63,104 nucleotides of DNA, filler included, from Nemertoderma westbladi (GCA_032718475.1; 3 parts of 3 records of this genome joined end to end with filler, not necessarily neighbours in it), one strand, 5' to 3'; shown: positions 21,908 through 34,766, counted from the whole stretch's first letter. Program-made: numbers and translations. The notes: generated from the sequence alone by a model not told the origin.

Positions 21908-24023
21908 CATAGCCTACTATATTACAGGCCGTGCCAACGTGCAGGTACGATTCTGACTTGGCGGCCGACCTGTAATAACCTACCTATAACTATTAGTGGA
22001 GGTGTCATCATCACAAAACCTGATAACTAAATGCACTAAATACGTTTTCCGTAGGATGCATGCATATTGCATACGTTATGAAACTTTAATTAAACTTTAT
22101 GTCATTGATTACAGTTTGTCTGTTAATCTGCTGGATTATAATTAATTGAAATTGGTCTTATTGGTCTTGCAGTGGAATTGTATAATTTTTTTACAACGGT
22201 TACCTTAATATATCGTGAAGTTTTTGATATATTTAAAATTTTGATGCGATTTCTAGTTTCCGAGATATAGCAATTAATGTGTAACACGCCATTGTAAATA
22301 TTACTAATTTCCCATTGAATCACAGCTTATTGTGAAATTAATTTAATTATTCTGGAACATCACCAATTTTCTACTTACTTTTCCCTACTGTTCCTTTTGT
22401 TTGGCTTGTGTTATGCAAATTTACGCAGAATTTCCATGAATAAACATATGATCCGCAAAATAAAATTTTATAGACTTTTTTTTGGTCATTAATAAGGTAC
22501 TATAGAATCCAAAATGTGTGGTTCGGATTGATGGCGAAATACTTATGGGTTTTTTTACTAGATTGACTCGACTATTAGCCTGATAACTTCACACTTAACG
22601 TAATTAACTTTACTGTATGGCAATAAATAAAACATATCATTAGCACAACTTGATTGCTTTAATTGAAAAACATATCATTAGCACAACTTGATTGCTTTAA
22701 TTGAAAAACACATCATTAGCATATCATTGTCCTGGGGAATTAGCATCCTCTCCAAATAGTTCTCCACCTACATATCTCAATGCAGCTTTAACATAAATTT
22801 CATCGAGAAGAATTATACAACGACGTTGCTCGATTGGAAGTTTGTTAAAAACGCTAAATAAAAACATAGAGTCATCAGCATGTGAGTCGGAAGATGTGAT
22901 TCGTTGTAAAGTTCGCACTCCTGGCAGTTTAAAATCTTCTCTAAGTTTACGGTATAAGCAACGGCTAGTGGCATAATACTCGAAAGCTGAACCAATGTTT
23001 CAGGATCCCAGCGCTTATCTCCCACAGAAACTGGAGCCATACACGTCAAATGTTCGTGTAGAAATGTTCGTGCAGCGATGTCTTTATCTTCATCATAAAT
23101 TTTGGCGTCAAACCGATAAGTTCAGACGATTGCAATATAGTCGTCATATTGTTCCCATTACATCCATCAGCATCATTGCACTCATAGACGATAAGATTTT
23201 GGAAACAGTTAAGTTTATCAGCAGCTGTTGAGCGAATTAATGCATAAGTCACAATATCCCCCTGCAGAAACTGGGGTAACTCGTCCGGCTGTAATGATCG
23301 CATAGATGCAACGAGTTTACGGTTGCGGGGACGGTTGTTAGCGTGGGTGGGCGTGGGCGTACAACTTGGAGCGATGTTTGGCCACAGACAATGGTTCTGC
23401 TGGAATAATTTTAATTGAGCGATAAGCACGGCGCTTTTCATAGTTTTCAGGCCAGTGGAGTTCACAAACAACGGTTTGTTTAGTCACATGCAAATTAGCA
23501 CGCACTTTTGATAATACGGAAATCCATGACGATCTATAGGCTGATATAGGGCTCCTCCCCTGGAATACGGAAAACGCTGCATGGTGTGGCGTTTTTATAG
23601 TTTGACTGACACTGGCACGCAGCACTTCCGAGGCATATCGATATCCAAGCACCAAGTAGGCCTAATACCGGTAGACTTGGACTTGGCCTATAGTTTTACA
23701 CACACACACATCTTTGCGATGGCTTCCGCTTCCGATGCCGGTCGTAATGCTGCGTCGAAGATTTTCGACGCAAAGGCACAGGTAGCCTAAAACTTATCTA
23801 AAACTTCTTAAAGGGAGTACTGGAGTACCAGTACAGTACATACAAGTAAGACACGGAACACACGTAGGTCTGTAGGTAGTGTAGGCTCCATTGCTGAATT
23901 CAGGTATTGCTGTCTGGCTGTAGGCCTACTGGCTGATTGCGGAGTCTGGTTCCAAGTCCAACTCGGCCGCCAAGTCAGAATTGTATCTGCACGTTGGCAC
24001 GGCCTGTAATATAGTAGGCTATG
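21908..24023 (-). mobile_element. Internally deleted P-element-superfamily transposon
   Basis: 61-bp TIRs starting CATAGCCTACTATATTACAGGCC (2 mismatches); perfect 8-bp TSD TAAGAAGC (21900-21907, 24024-24031); THAP/transposase remnants inside. Confidence 0.92.
22724..23636 (-). pseudogene. THAP-domain P-element transposase fragment, frameshifted and truncated
   Basis: MPRKCCVPV.. start, W......VVCELHW (THAP C2CH), LPGVRTLQR, CIILLDEIYVK (first catalytic Asp region); the rest is missing. Confidence 0.82.
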
Positions 24024-25311
24024 TAAGAAGCCTAAGAACCAAGGCTCCAACAGTTCAGTACTACTACTGTATGTTGTTACAGAACGGTTTTAATTACCGG
24101 TAATTAAAATGTTTCAAAATAATTTTGCGCATGAAGAAAATTATTTTAACAAACAATTTTTGAAAAACAATTGTATTATTGTCAATGTGATGGTAAACAA
24201 ACATAAAGTCAACATTGCAAATGTTTCCAAACAATATTATACACGGTGAAGGTACTTAAAAATTGCTCTGCATCGGTGTCACTTTGTCACTGTCTAACGT
24301 TTGCCATGGTAAAGCCCCCCTCCTCCGCATGCAGGTGCAAGGAGTTAAGGTGGATCCCACTAGGGTGCCAGGGCTATATTTGTGGTGGGAGTAGCGCGGG
24401 ACAAGGCGATCCTGCATTCTGAGAGCAAACTGGCAGCAGAGCAGTAAACCGACAATGGTAATCACGCATGGTATTGTACTGTAACCTGGAATACCTTGTT
24501 GTAGCCAACAGGATACCAGCAAATCAGCAGTTACACGTTGTCAAGGTGACATGTGTGTTATGGATACTGGCTACACGAAACACATGATTAATCCAAAATG
24601 GGGCCTGGCTAAAGTTATTAGTTAGTCCTATTAGTGCTACGCCATAATATAACACCATCTCCGTGTATAATTTCGCTATTAAAGTTACTAAAGTGTAGAA
24701 AATACACCACTTGGAATGAATCGAATGAGCAGCAATGAGCCAAACAATTTAACATATAAACATCAAAAGCTCAATATTTAATTAATTGTTTACTATAGGT
24801 TACCAATCGCATCAACCGGAGATAATCAACTTCTGAAAAATTATAACTCTGTTGAAAAACACAAATTAATTTAGATCAAATTATTTAGCGGAGCGCGGTG
24901 GTTTTGTTTGTATGGGGTGTCATACAGTAATTTAGATAAGCTTGTAGCTTCGAACTTTTTTATATTAAAATTTGGTCGCTGTATCCTTCTCATTTACTTA
25001 AATTTCCACGAGAAAACATTCAAATGCAATCAATGTGTTCTTCACTTTCTCTTTATTGTTTTGGGTAGAATAGTCTGCAACTATTAATTGTAGGCCTACT
25101 CTGTTATTGTCCGTAATAATAATTTATAAATGAACCTGTTCCGTTGCAGTTTTGTATGACGTGTGTTTATCCACTTTCCAATGGTATGCCAGGGCCAATG
25201 CCAACAGCAACAGTCACAGTCCAGTAAGATTGGAGTACATTTTTTTTTACTACACGGCCTTTTATTTTAATAAGTTGTTTTATTCACTTGTGAAGATCCG
25301 GCCATGGTGAT

Positions 25312-25324
25312 GTTTCCTAGCAAC
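25312..25324 (+). promoter_or_regulatory. RFX X-box upstream of CEP112
   Basis: GTTTCCTAGCAAC fits the RFX consensus; adjacent GCCATGGTGA half site; ~700 bp before the ATG. Confidence 0.55.
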
Positions 25325-26028
25325 CACCATGCTTTGCTGTACACAAAATCAGCTGATTATATTGATCTGTACAGAACTATAAATACTAAAAATATTGAAC
25401 TTTGCTGTTGTTGTTATAATTACACATTCCGTTTTTTTAAGTGTGTGACCCTTTCAAATTTCGAAATTGTCTTATTCTTATAATAAATTATACTGTAACA
25501 CATTTATGCTACCGGTACGGCACGCACCGCATATCAGATTAGTGGACCCCAAAATTAACTTTTGTACACCATACCGGTAATTATTGCCATTTTGGATTTT
25601 GTCGGTTTTTTACCAGCCAGTAGTGTTGTAAAAAAAACTTATTAACGTTCCTTCAGTAACCTTAATTTGGGATTAGATAGGCCTATAATTGGCCTGACGA
25701 AACCATATAATAATATCCATGCCGACATTAAGCCTATTTAATATTGTATGCCATTTAATTAGCTTTATTAAAGTATTTGGTAAGGGCTTCTGCAGTTCTG
25801 GTCGCCAGTCTTTGAATCTTGAAAGCTTTTATGTCAATAAGAACTGTCTGCCTAAACATGCCGACAATGAAATTAACTAACATTTGTACGTGGCTGTACC
25901 ACACCCATTCACACTTGATTATGTTATATTTATATATAACATTATAATAAAATACCTATTATAATAACAACTATCAATATATGAGATAACGTCTTTTAAT
26001 TTATACGAATTATATAAAAACGCTAGAA

Positions 26029-28698
26029 ATGGCTGAGTATGTGCGGGATGTTGACAATCTCGACAATGTTTTCGACAAATATTTGGTTGATTTGAAGCCG
26101 TACGTCCTTGGACTAACGGACCAAACAGAGCGACAGCGCGCCGCTCTCTGGGTGAAAAAACTCTGCGAACCGCTGCCAGCGGGAATAACCAGTCGGTTAA
26201 CCCGTAACCAACACGCGTCCGCCCTGCTTGCGATGCTGCGTCGTGGGCAGTTTGAAGGCCCCTTCCTCGCGCGCCCCACCCCCGGACTGCTGCCCAGTCT
26301 ACCGAAGCGGTTAGTCGGGCCGCCCCCGCTCGAGTCTCATTACGGACTGGCCAACCCGGGGATAGACACCAGCAAACCGGCACCCGATTGGGTGGAGCAC
26401 GAACTATGGCAACGTCACATCGGTGGCGGAGACTCCGCCGAAGAGAGACTCGTGTTCCAAAACTCCACGGAATTATCCCATCGATCGAGTTATTCGGCGT
26501 CTCAGTTCTCCTCTGCGGCGCCTCAGTATACGCACGTCCCGTTGCCCCCCTACCAGGAGCGTCCTCGTAGTCATAGCAACCACAGCGCCCCGGGCAATGA
26601 GGATCTCCACTGGCAGTCGAAACTCCATGAAGAACGTATCAAAATGCAGCAGTTTTTAGACGGAGAAGTTCAAAAAATATTGAGAAGGAAAAACGAAGAG
26701 TTGGATAAAATGAAAGATGATTATAATAAAAAAGTATTTTCTACGGAGCAAACGATAGTTGAGCTGGAAGGAAAATTACGAGAGTTGGTAACGGAGGGTG
26801 ATAATATGAGGCAATCGGCTGAGAAACAGGTGGTTGAGACGAGGGGCAGGTGTGAGGAAGAAAAACGTGAGATCAGGGAGAAACATGATAAACTGATGGA
26901 AGAGTTGGAGAGAAGATTGCAAGGGGAGAATAGGGAGTTGAGTAGAAGTCACAAGGAGGATCTTAGTCATGTTGTTGGGGAAACTAATAGTCGGTTACAG
27001 CGGATGGAGGAGGAATATTTAGGGCATCAAAAGAGCTTGAGTGGCGTCATAACAGAATTGGAGAGTAAAATTAAAGGTATGGAACAACAAGCGATGAAGT
27101 ACAAGGAGGCTGAGATTGAGGCTGATAAAGCTAAGAGGGAGGGAGAGCACCGCATGGCGATGGTTACTAATGATCTGGAGATCGCTCAAGGAAAGTGTAA
27201 AAGTCTGGAAGAAACTCATTACAAGGCTATGCAGAACCACGATCAAACTACTAAACAAATGAGAGCTAAATTCGAGGCTAAAATCTCCTTATTAGAGAAA
27301 GATTATGAGGTTGTTGTGAAAGATCTTAGGAATAAAGTCGAAGAGTTGCAACATGAAGTCAAAGCTAAAGACGAATATATACAAGAAATATGTTCTGAGA
27401 AACAAAGACTTATTGTTCAGATGCAAAACGATTTTGATACAGATAAACTTCATTTAAATTATCACCACGAACAGAAAACACTAGAATTAGAGAAGGAAAA
27501 AGAAGATTTAGAGAGGAACTTACGGTCGTCAGTTGCGCGCCTGGAAGTTGGTATTATTGAGAAAGATAAAGAACTCAAAGTTACTGTGGAGAAGTCGAAA
27601 GTCCACAGAGAGAAGTTGCTTCGAGAGAACAGCGAAGAAATGAGTAACATACGAGAGAAAGCGAATAAGCGGATAGATAATCTCAGGAGAGAGTTAGAGA
27701 TATCACGGGACGAGATACAACACGGGAAGAAATCCCGAGATAAGTTGACTCACGACTTCGATCGGAAGTTGAGGAACGTCGAGAAGGGATACGAGGCCAG
27801 TTCCCACGAACAACGAATAAAATTTGAGCAGAAGAAAACGTCGATGCTCGACAATTTCCATAAAGAACGCGAGAGAACGCAGAGAAACCACGAGAAAGCT
27901 ATTCGGGAGATCAGCGAGAAACTGGAGGAGACTCTGGCTGGAGTGGAGAGGAGCGTAGTGGAGGACAAAACGAAGCATCATAAACATGTGGAGAGTCTGC
28001 AGAGGAACATTGCGAGTCTAAAGGGGGAGTTGGTGGAGGCTGACTGTCTGAGGAAACAGCAGCTGGTAGAGTTAGGAGTCCTTAGGGAAGAGGAGAGAAG
28101 TCGGTTACAGGAGGAACGAGAGGCTGAAATCAAAGAGTTGAGGACGGAACTTAGTCGGGAGAAGCAGCGGCAGGAAGAGGAACACGCCGTTACCGTGAAT
28201 AAAGCGATGAGTTCGGTCAATGATAAGGTTGATTCGTTGGAGGAGCATTACAAGCAGAGAGTCAACGAGGTTGTGGACAAAGAGAAATCGTTAAAAGACG
28301 AGATAACGCGCCTGAGAGATCAAGTCAGCGTCACTAAGAACGAGTTGGTTGACTCTCTCACTCACAATGAGGTCGAGCAGGAGGCCTTGAAGAAACAGAC
28401 GCAGCGCGAGGTGAGAGCCTTAAGGCAGGAGTTGGAGTTCGCTCAGACGAAGAACCGAACTCTGGAGTTGGATGCGAGAGAGGCAGAGGCCGATCATCAG
28501 CAGGCCCTGACGGAGGTTATGTTCAATTACGCGAACAAAATGAAGTCAATGATGCCGCTAGCGATGCAAGATGAATTGGAGGACACTATTAGATCGTTGA
28601 GAAGTCAAATAAACATGTTGCAACAAAAGGCGAGTTTAGTGAAGACCCACAGATCCGATGATGACTCCAGATTATATGGCGGTGTGTCGCCAAGATAA
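26029..28698 (+). CDS. CEP112: Centrosomal protein of 112 kDa (N-terminal DUF4485-like domain + long coiled coil), single-exon ORF, 889 aa
   Basis: LDNVFDKYLVDLKPYVL..ERQRAALWVKKLCEP..RNQHA..ML.RG..EGPF..RP.PG.LP, later RKQQLVELG.LREEE and C-terminal ELEDTI.SLRSQ..LQQKA; AATAAA at ~29022. Confidence 0.9.
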   Translation: MAEYVRDVDNLDNVFDKYLVDLKPYVLGLTDQTERQRAALWVKKLCEPLPAGITSRLTRNQHASALLAMLRRGQFEGPFLARPTPGLLPSLPKRLVGPPPLESHYGLANPGIDTSKPAPDWVEHELWQRHIGGGDSAEERLVFQNSTELSHRSSYSASQFSSAAPQYTHVPLPPYQERPRSHSNHSAPGNEDLHWQSKLHEERIKMQQFLDGEVQKILRRKNEELDKMKDDYNKKVFSTEQTIVELEGKLRELVTEGDNMRQSAEKQVVETRGRCEEEKREIREKHDKLMEELERRLQGENRELSRSHKEDLSHVVGETNSRLQRMEEEYLGHQKSLSGVITELESKIKGMEQQAMKYKEAEIEADKAKREGEHRMAMVTNDLEIAQGKCKSLEETHYKAMQNHDQTTKQMRAKFEAKISLLEKDYEVVVKDLRNKVEELQHEVKAKDEYIQEICSEKQRLIVQMQNDFDTDKLHLNYHHEQKTLELEKEKEDLERNLRSSVARLEVGIIEKDKELKVTVEKSKVHREKLLRENSEEMSNIREKANKRIDNLRRELEISRDEIQHGKKSRDKLTHDFDRKLRNVEKGYEASSHEQRIKFEQKKTSMLDNFHKERERTQRNHEKAIREISEKLEETLAGVERSVVEDKTKHHKHVESLQRNIASLKGELVEADCLRKQQLVELGVLREEERSRLQEEREAEIKELRTELSREKQRQEEEHAVTVNKAMSSVNDKVDSLEEHYKQRVNEVVDKEKSLKDEITRLRDQVSVTKNELVDSLTHNEVEQEALKKQTQREVRALRQELEFAQTKNRTLELDAREAEADHQQALTEVMFNYANKMKSMMPLAMQDELEDTIRSLRSQINMLQQKASLVKTHRSDDDSRLYGGVSPR

Positions 28699-29157
28699 AG
28701 TTCTTTCTAACGTCGTTACTTTAATGCAAGCTACTGCCATTACTTATTTTTTTCAAATTATGATATTTAGTTATTAATTTTATATTTAAGTCTATGAAGC
28801 AACGAATTAGAATTAACTATTGGATACAGTAGTGATACTACTATTGCAAGAACCGAACGTTATACAATTACGTTACGATAGACAGTGCTGTAGTTTATCA
28901 ATTGTTGTTCTTATTTTGCTAATTTCCGCGACAACTTAAACCCTCGAATTCGCAAACTTTGGTTTATTTGATATATAGTACTTCTGTTTATTTATTATGT
29001 TTTAAATTTTTCATTTTTATAAATAAAACTTTAATAAACTTTAAATTAAAACTAGATGGAAGTAAAGTTTGATTTTGTATCAGTTAACGTACTTTTAACT
29101 GTAATATGTTATTCGCAATTTAGAATATTACTATATTTTCAACTATGTTCATTCAGC

Positions 29158-29257
29158 NNNNNNNNNNNNNNNNNNNNNNNNNNNNNNNNNNNNNNNNNNN
29201 NTTAATTAATTAANNNNNNNNNNNNNNNNNNNNNNNNNNNNNNNNNNNNNNNNNNNN
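29158..29257. other. Assembly gap with artificial TTAATTAATTAA linker
   Basis: 100-nt N block with a central all-frame-stop linker, same as at 55459. Confidence 0.97.
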
Positions 29258-32200
29258 TTCTGTAAGGCTGTATTCTGTAAGGTTGTATGTATTCTGTAAG
29301 GTTGTATTCTGTAAGGTTGTATTCTGTAAGGTTGTCTTCTGTAAGGCTGTATTCTGTAAGGTTGTATTCTGTAAGGTTGTATTCTGTAAGAAGGCTGTAT
29401 TCTGTAAGGTTGTATTCTGTAAGGCTGTATTCTGTAAGGTTGTATTCTGTAAGGCTGTATTCTTTAAGGTTGTATTCTGTAAGGTTGTATTCTGTAAGGT
29501 TGTCTTCTGTAAGGCTGTATTCTGTAAGGTTGTATGTATTCTGTAAGGTTGTATTCTGTAAGGTTGTATTCTGTAAGGTTGTCTTCTGTAAGGCTGTATT
29601 CTGTAAGGCTGTATTCTGTAAGGCTGTATTCTGTAAGGCTGTATTCTGTAAGGTTGTATTCTGTAAGGTTGTATTCTGTAAGGTTGTATTCTGTAAGGTT
29701 GTATTCTGTAAGGTTGTATTCTGTAAGGTTGTATTCTGTAAGGTTGTATTCTGTAAGGTTGTATTCTGTAAGGCTGTATTCTGTAAGGCTGTATTCTGTA
29801 AGGCTGTATTCTGTAAGGCTGTATTCTGTAAGGCTGTATTCTGTAAGGCTGTATTCTGTAAGGCTGTATTCTGTAAGGCTGTATTCTGTAAGGCTGTTTT
29901 CTGTAAGGTTGTATTCTGTAAGGTTGTATTCTGTAAGGTTGTATTCTGTAAGGCTGTATTCTTTAAGGTTGTATTCTGTAAGGTTGTATTCTGTAAGGTT
30001 GTCTTCTGTAAGGCTGTATTCTGTAAGGTTGTCTTCTGTAAGGTTGTATTCTGTAAGGTTGTCTTCTGTAAGGTTGTCTTCTGTAAGGCTGTATTCTGTA
30101 AGGTTGTATTCTGTAAGGTTGTATTCTGTGAGAAGGTTGTATTCTGTAAGGCTGCATTCTGTAAGGCTGCATTCTGTAAGGTTGTATTCTGTAAGGCTGT
30201 ATTCTGTAAGGCTGTATTCTGTAAGGTTGTATTCTGTAAGGTTGTATTCTGTAAGGTTGTATTCTGTAAGGCTGTATTCTGTAATGCTGTATTCTGTAAG
30301 GTTGTATTCTGTAAGGTTGTATTCTGTAAGGCTGTATTCTGTAAGGTTGTATTCTGTAAGGTTGTATTCTGTAAGGTTGTATTCTGTAAGGCTGTATTCT
30401 ATAAGGCTGTATTCTGTAAGGTTGTATTCTGTAAGGCTGTATTCTGTAAGGCTGTATTCTGTAAGGTTGTATTCTGTAAGGTTGTATTCTGTAAGGTTGT
30501 ATTCTGTAAGGTTGTATTCTGTAAGGCTGTATTCTGTAAGGTTGTATTCTGTAAGGCTGTATTCTTTAAGGTTGTATTCTGTAAGGTTGTATTCTGTAAG
30601 GTTGTCTTCTGTAAGGCTGTATTCTGTAAGGTTGTATGTATTCTGTAAGGTTGTATTCTGTAAGGTTGTATTCTGTAAGGTTGTCTTCTGTAAGGCTGTA
30701 TTCTGTAAGGTTGTATTCTGTAAGGTTGTATTCTGTAAGAAGGCTGTATTCTGTAAGGTTGTATTCTGTAAGGCTGCATTCTGTAAGGTTGTATTCTGTA
30801 AGGCTGTATTCTGTAAGGTTGTATTCTGTAAGGCTGTATTCTGTAAGGTTGTATTCTGTAAGGTTGTATTCTGTAAGGTTGTATTCTGTAAGGTTGTATT
30901 CTGTAAGGCTGTATTCTGTAAGGCTGTATTCTGTAAGGTTGTATTCTGTAAGGTTGTATTCTGTAAGGCTGTATTCTGTAAGGCTGTATTCTGTAAGGCT
31001 GTATTCTGTAAGGCTGTATTCTGTAAGGCTGTATTCTGTAAGGCTGTATTCTGTAAGGTTGTATTCTGCAAGGCTGTTTTCTGTAAGGTTGTATTCTGTA
31101 AGGCTGTATTCTGTAAGGCTGTATTCTGTAAGGTTGTATTCTGTAAGGTTGTATTCTGTAAGGTTGTATTCTGTAAGGCTGTATTCTGTAAGGCTGTATT
31201 CTGTAAGGTTGTATTCTGTAAGGCTGTATTCTGTAAGGCTGTATTCTGTAAGGCTGTATTCTGTAAGGCTGTATTCTGTAAGGTTGTATTCTGTAAGGCT
31301 GTATTCTGTAAGGTTGTATTCTGTAAGGCTGTATTCTGTAAGGCTGTATTCTGTAAGGTTGTATTCTGTAAGGTTGTATTCTATAAGGTTGTATTCTGTA
31401 AGGTTGTATTCTGTAAGGCTGTATTCTGTAAGGTTGTATTCTGTAAGGCTGTATTCTGTAAGGCTGTATTCTGTAAGGCTGTATTCTGTAAGGCTGTATT
31501 CTGTAAGGCTGTATTCTGTAAGGCTGTATTCTGTAAGGTGGTAGTATTCTGTAAGGTTGTATTCTGTAAGGCTGTATTCTGTAAGGCTGTATTCTGTAAG
31601 GTTGTATTCTGTAAGGTTGTATTCTGTAAGGTTGTATTCTGTAAGGTTGTATTCTGTAAGGTTGTATTCTGTAAGGCTGTATTCTGTAAGGCTGTATTCT
31701 GTAAGGCTGTATTCTGTAAGGCTGTATTCTGTAAGGTTGTATTATGTAAGGCTGTATTCTGTAAGGTTGTATTCTCTAAGGTTGTATTCTGTAAGGCTGT
31801 ATTCTGTAAGGCTGTATTCTGTAAGGTTGTATTCTGTAAGGCTGTATTATGTAAGGTTGTCTTCTGTAAGGCTGTATTCTGTAAGGTTGTATTCTGTAAG
31901 GTTGTATTCAGTAAGGTTGTATTCAGTAAGGTTGTATTCTGTAAGGCTGTATTCTGTAAGGCTGTATTCTGTAAGGCTGTATTGTAAGGTTGTATTCTGT
32001 AAGGATGTATTCTGTAAGGTTGTATTCTGTAAGGCTGTATTCTGTAAGGTTGTATTCTGTAAGGTTGTATTCTGTAAGGCTGTATTCTGTAAGGTTGTAT
32101 TCTGTAAGGTTGTATTCTGTAAGGTTGTATTCTGTAAGGTTGTATTCTGTAAGGCTGTATTCTGTAAGGTTGTATTCTGTAAGGTTGTATTCTGTAAGGT

Positions 32201-33300
32201 TGTATTCTGTAAGGTTGTATTCTGTAAGGTTGTATTTTGTAAGGTTGTATTCTGTAAGGCTGTATTCTTTAAGGTTGTATTCTGTAAGGTTGTATTCTGT
32301 AAGGTTGTCTTCTGTAAGGCTGTATTCTGTAAGGTTGTCTTCTGTAAGGTTGTATTCTGTAAGGTTGTATTCTGTAAGGTTGTCTTCTGTAAGGCTGTAT
32401 TCTGTAAGGTTGTATTCTGTAAGGTTGTATTCTGTAAGGTAGTATTCTGTAAGGCTGCATTCTGTAAGGTTGTATTCTGTAAGGCTGTATTCTGTTAAGG
32501 CCTGTTTACACGTGGCAACTTTTTGAGCAACTTTCTCGGCAACTAGCAACTTTTTTTGGAGCAACTTAATTTAATGGCTGTTTACACGTGGCAACTTTAC
32601 CAGCAACTTTACCAGCAACTTGACTGGCAACTTTTAGAGCAACTTGGCTAGTTTGACTGTAAAATAGTGGGTCATTTTATCTACTAGCTAGTTTTTGATA
32701 ATTTAATTTGATTATTCGTCAACGCAAATTCATTTAAGTTGCCGTAAAAGTTGAGCAACTTTTACAGCAACTTTTTTACGTGTTTACACGGAGCAACTTG
32801 ATCGGCAACCTGGGTTGCTCTACAAGTTGCCGAGAAAGTTGCTCTAAAAGTTACCACGTGTAAACAGGCCTTAAGGTTGTATTCTGTAAGGTTGTATTCT
32901 GTAAGGTTGTATTCTGTAAGGTTGTATTCTGTAAGGCTGTATTCTGTAAGGCTGTATTCTGTAAGGTTGTATTCTGTAAGGTTGTATTCTGTAAGGCTGT
33001 ATTCTGTAAGGTTGTATTCTGTAAGGTTGTATTCTGTAAGGTTGTATTCTGTAAGGTTGTATTCTGTAAGGCTGTATTCTGTAAGGCTGTATTCTATAAG
33101 GCTGTATTCTGTAAGGTTGTATTCTGTAAGGCTGTATTCTGTAAGGCCGTATTCTGTAAGGCTGTATTCTGTAAGGTTGTATTCTGTAAGGTTGTATTCT
33201 GTAAGGTTGTATTATGTAAGGTTGTATTCTGTAAGGCTGTATTCTGTAAGGTTGTATTCTGTAAGGCTGTATTCTGTAAGGTTGTATTCTGTAAGGTTGT
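29258..33300. repeat. 15-bp satellite (GTATTCTGTAAGG[T/C]T)n, ~240 units, interrupted by a MITE
   Basis: Direct reading; two main variants (GGTT/GGCT); explains all long repetitive ORFs here. Confidence 0.98.
32499..32870. mobile_element. MITE (Harbinger-like termini) inside the satellite
   Basis: TIRs GGCCTGTTTACACGTGG.AACTTTT / AAAAGTT.CCACGTGTAAACAGGCC; TTAA on both flanks; internal GCAACT repeats. Confidence 0.9.
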
Positions 33301-33434
33301 ATGAAGGGCATTCGGTTTATACTACCGGTCACGATTTCTTACTCGAGTAATCCCAGCTGCTTCTGTTCATTTCGGGAAACTATGGTAGATACAGTAACAG
33401 TTCCTACAACGGTTAGTAAAAGGGTTTAAAAAAT

Positions 33435-33550
33435 TATTGTGAATGTGCAATCCAGAGATTTGGTATCCTCGCAGCAGTTAGAGCCCAGCATGGACTACCA
33501 TAAAGGAGTACTTGTTCTACTACAAAGTCTTTCGTCTTCCCTTTCGTATT
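33435..33550 (-). mobile_element. Short RTE LINE fragment
   Basis: Minus strand encodes VEQVLLYGSPCWALT.., matching 53115-53175. Confidence 0.7.
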
Positions 33551-33580
33551 CTTACGTACTCCTGGAACATATTCTTTTTA

Positions 33581-34766
33581 CACCATAACCCATAATACAA
33601 CAACCATTTTTAGGGGGTCGGAGCCCCCCCCCCCCCCCTAATTTTTTTCAAATTTCAATAAAATACTACAAAATTTGGTATGATGATAGATCGACACCTT
33701 TTCTTACTGGTGGCCTGGCCGGATTTTTCAATTTCTCAGTTATTTCCATACAACAATCCCTTAAAAAATGTCTATTTAGCAATGTTCAACATCTTCCGTA
33801 GACTTTATTTTACGTCTTTGAAATGTAATCTAGATATCATTCGAAGCGCCTTCGTCTGTTGATTCCGAATCTGAAAACCGTTTTAGATTTAACCAAAAAT
33901 TGGTAAAGATATTATTAAAATACTAATGTGTAAATTCAGAGACGTAAATCGCTACAATTCTGATATTTTGTTGTCTTTATTCTAGAATATTAATTATTAT
34001 TTAGCTGAGCGTTTAAAACTCTCCATCTTGTTTGTTCATTACCTTCCGCCTATCCATGGCCTACAGCCCTGCTGCCGACTGTAGGGGTCCATTTGTTACA
34101 CCCTGAACCAAGTGTGCCTCTTGGGTTATGTTACCTAACACTGGTAGAGGAGCATCCAGTATAGACAGGGCGGGGCATGTATCATCTCTATTGCAGATGC
34201 GTATCAAGCCTTTGCATTCAATGGTGCCCTAGGCGCTATAGCCCTCAATGACTTATTTAGTTGACGGGGTAAACCAACCCACTCTTGATCAACTAAATAA
34301 TGAATAGGCTATGCTTATCGGGCCTGCCCTACTGGGCTGACAGCTACAGGTAGTACCACATTACTGCCATAGTGGTAGCAGGATCTGGGGACCTGACCTG
34401 ACTTTTGACCTTAGTATTTTGATAATATCTCCGGAAGTTCTTGGTGAAATTTTCAACGGGTTTCAGATTCAGAATCTGCAGATGAAGGCGGATCTAATGA
34501 TATCTAGATTTCATTCAAAAGACGAAAAATAAAGCCGAAGGAGGTGGCTAAATATTGCGAAATAGACGATTTTTAACGATTTTCTTGTATCGAAATAGCT
34601 CATAAATTAAAAAATCCGGCCAGGCCACCAGTAAGAAAAGGTATCGATCTATCATCATACCGAGTTTCGTAGCATTTTATTGAAATTTGAAAAAGATTAG
34701 GGGGGGGGGGGGGGGGGGGTGGGCTTCAACCCCCAAAAAATGGTTGTTGTATTAAGGGTTATGGTG
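33581..34766. mobile_element. Non-autonomous Tc1/mariner-like element with long (~330 bp) imperfect TIRs
   Basis: TA|CACCATAACCC.TAATACAACAACCATTTTT ... AAAAATGGTTGTTGTATTA.GGGTTATGGTG|TA; arms share CCTTTTCTTACTGGTGGCCTGGCCGGATTTTT in inverted orientation. Confidence 0.85.

Noticed and set aside
24256-24522. Hydrophobic ORF as a GPCR transmembrane exon
   Set aside because: No class B TM motifs and it lies across an assembly gap beyond CEP112.
29158-29257. TTAATTAATTAA palindrome within Ns (also at 55459-55558)
   Set aside because: Identical in both gaps; an artificial all-frame-stop linker.
29283-33350. Long pentapeptide-repeat ORFs (up to 817 aa)
   Set aside because: Open in several frames on both strands because the 15-bp unit lacks stops there; frame-breaking indels are tolerated.
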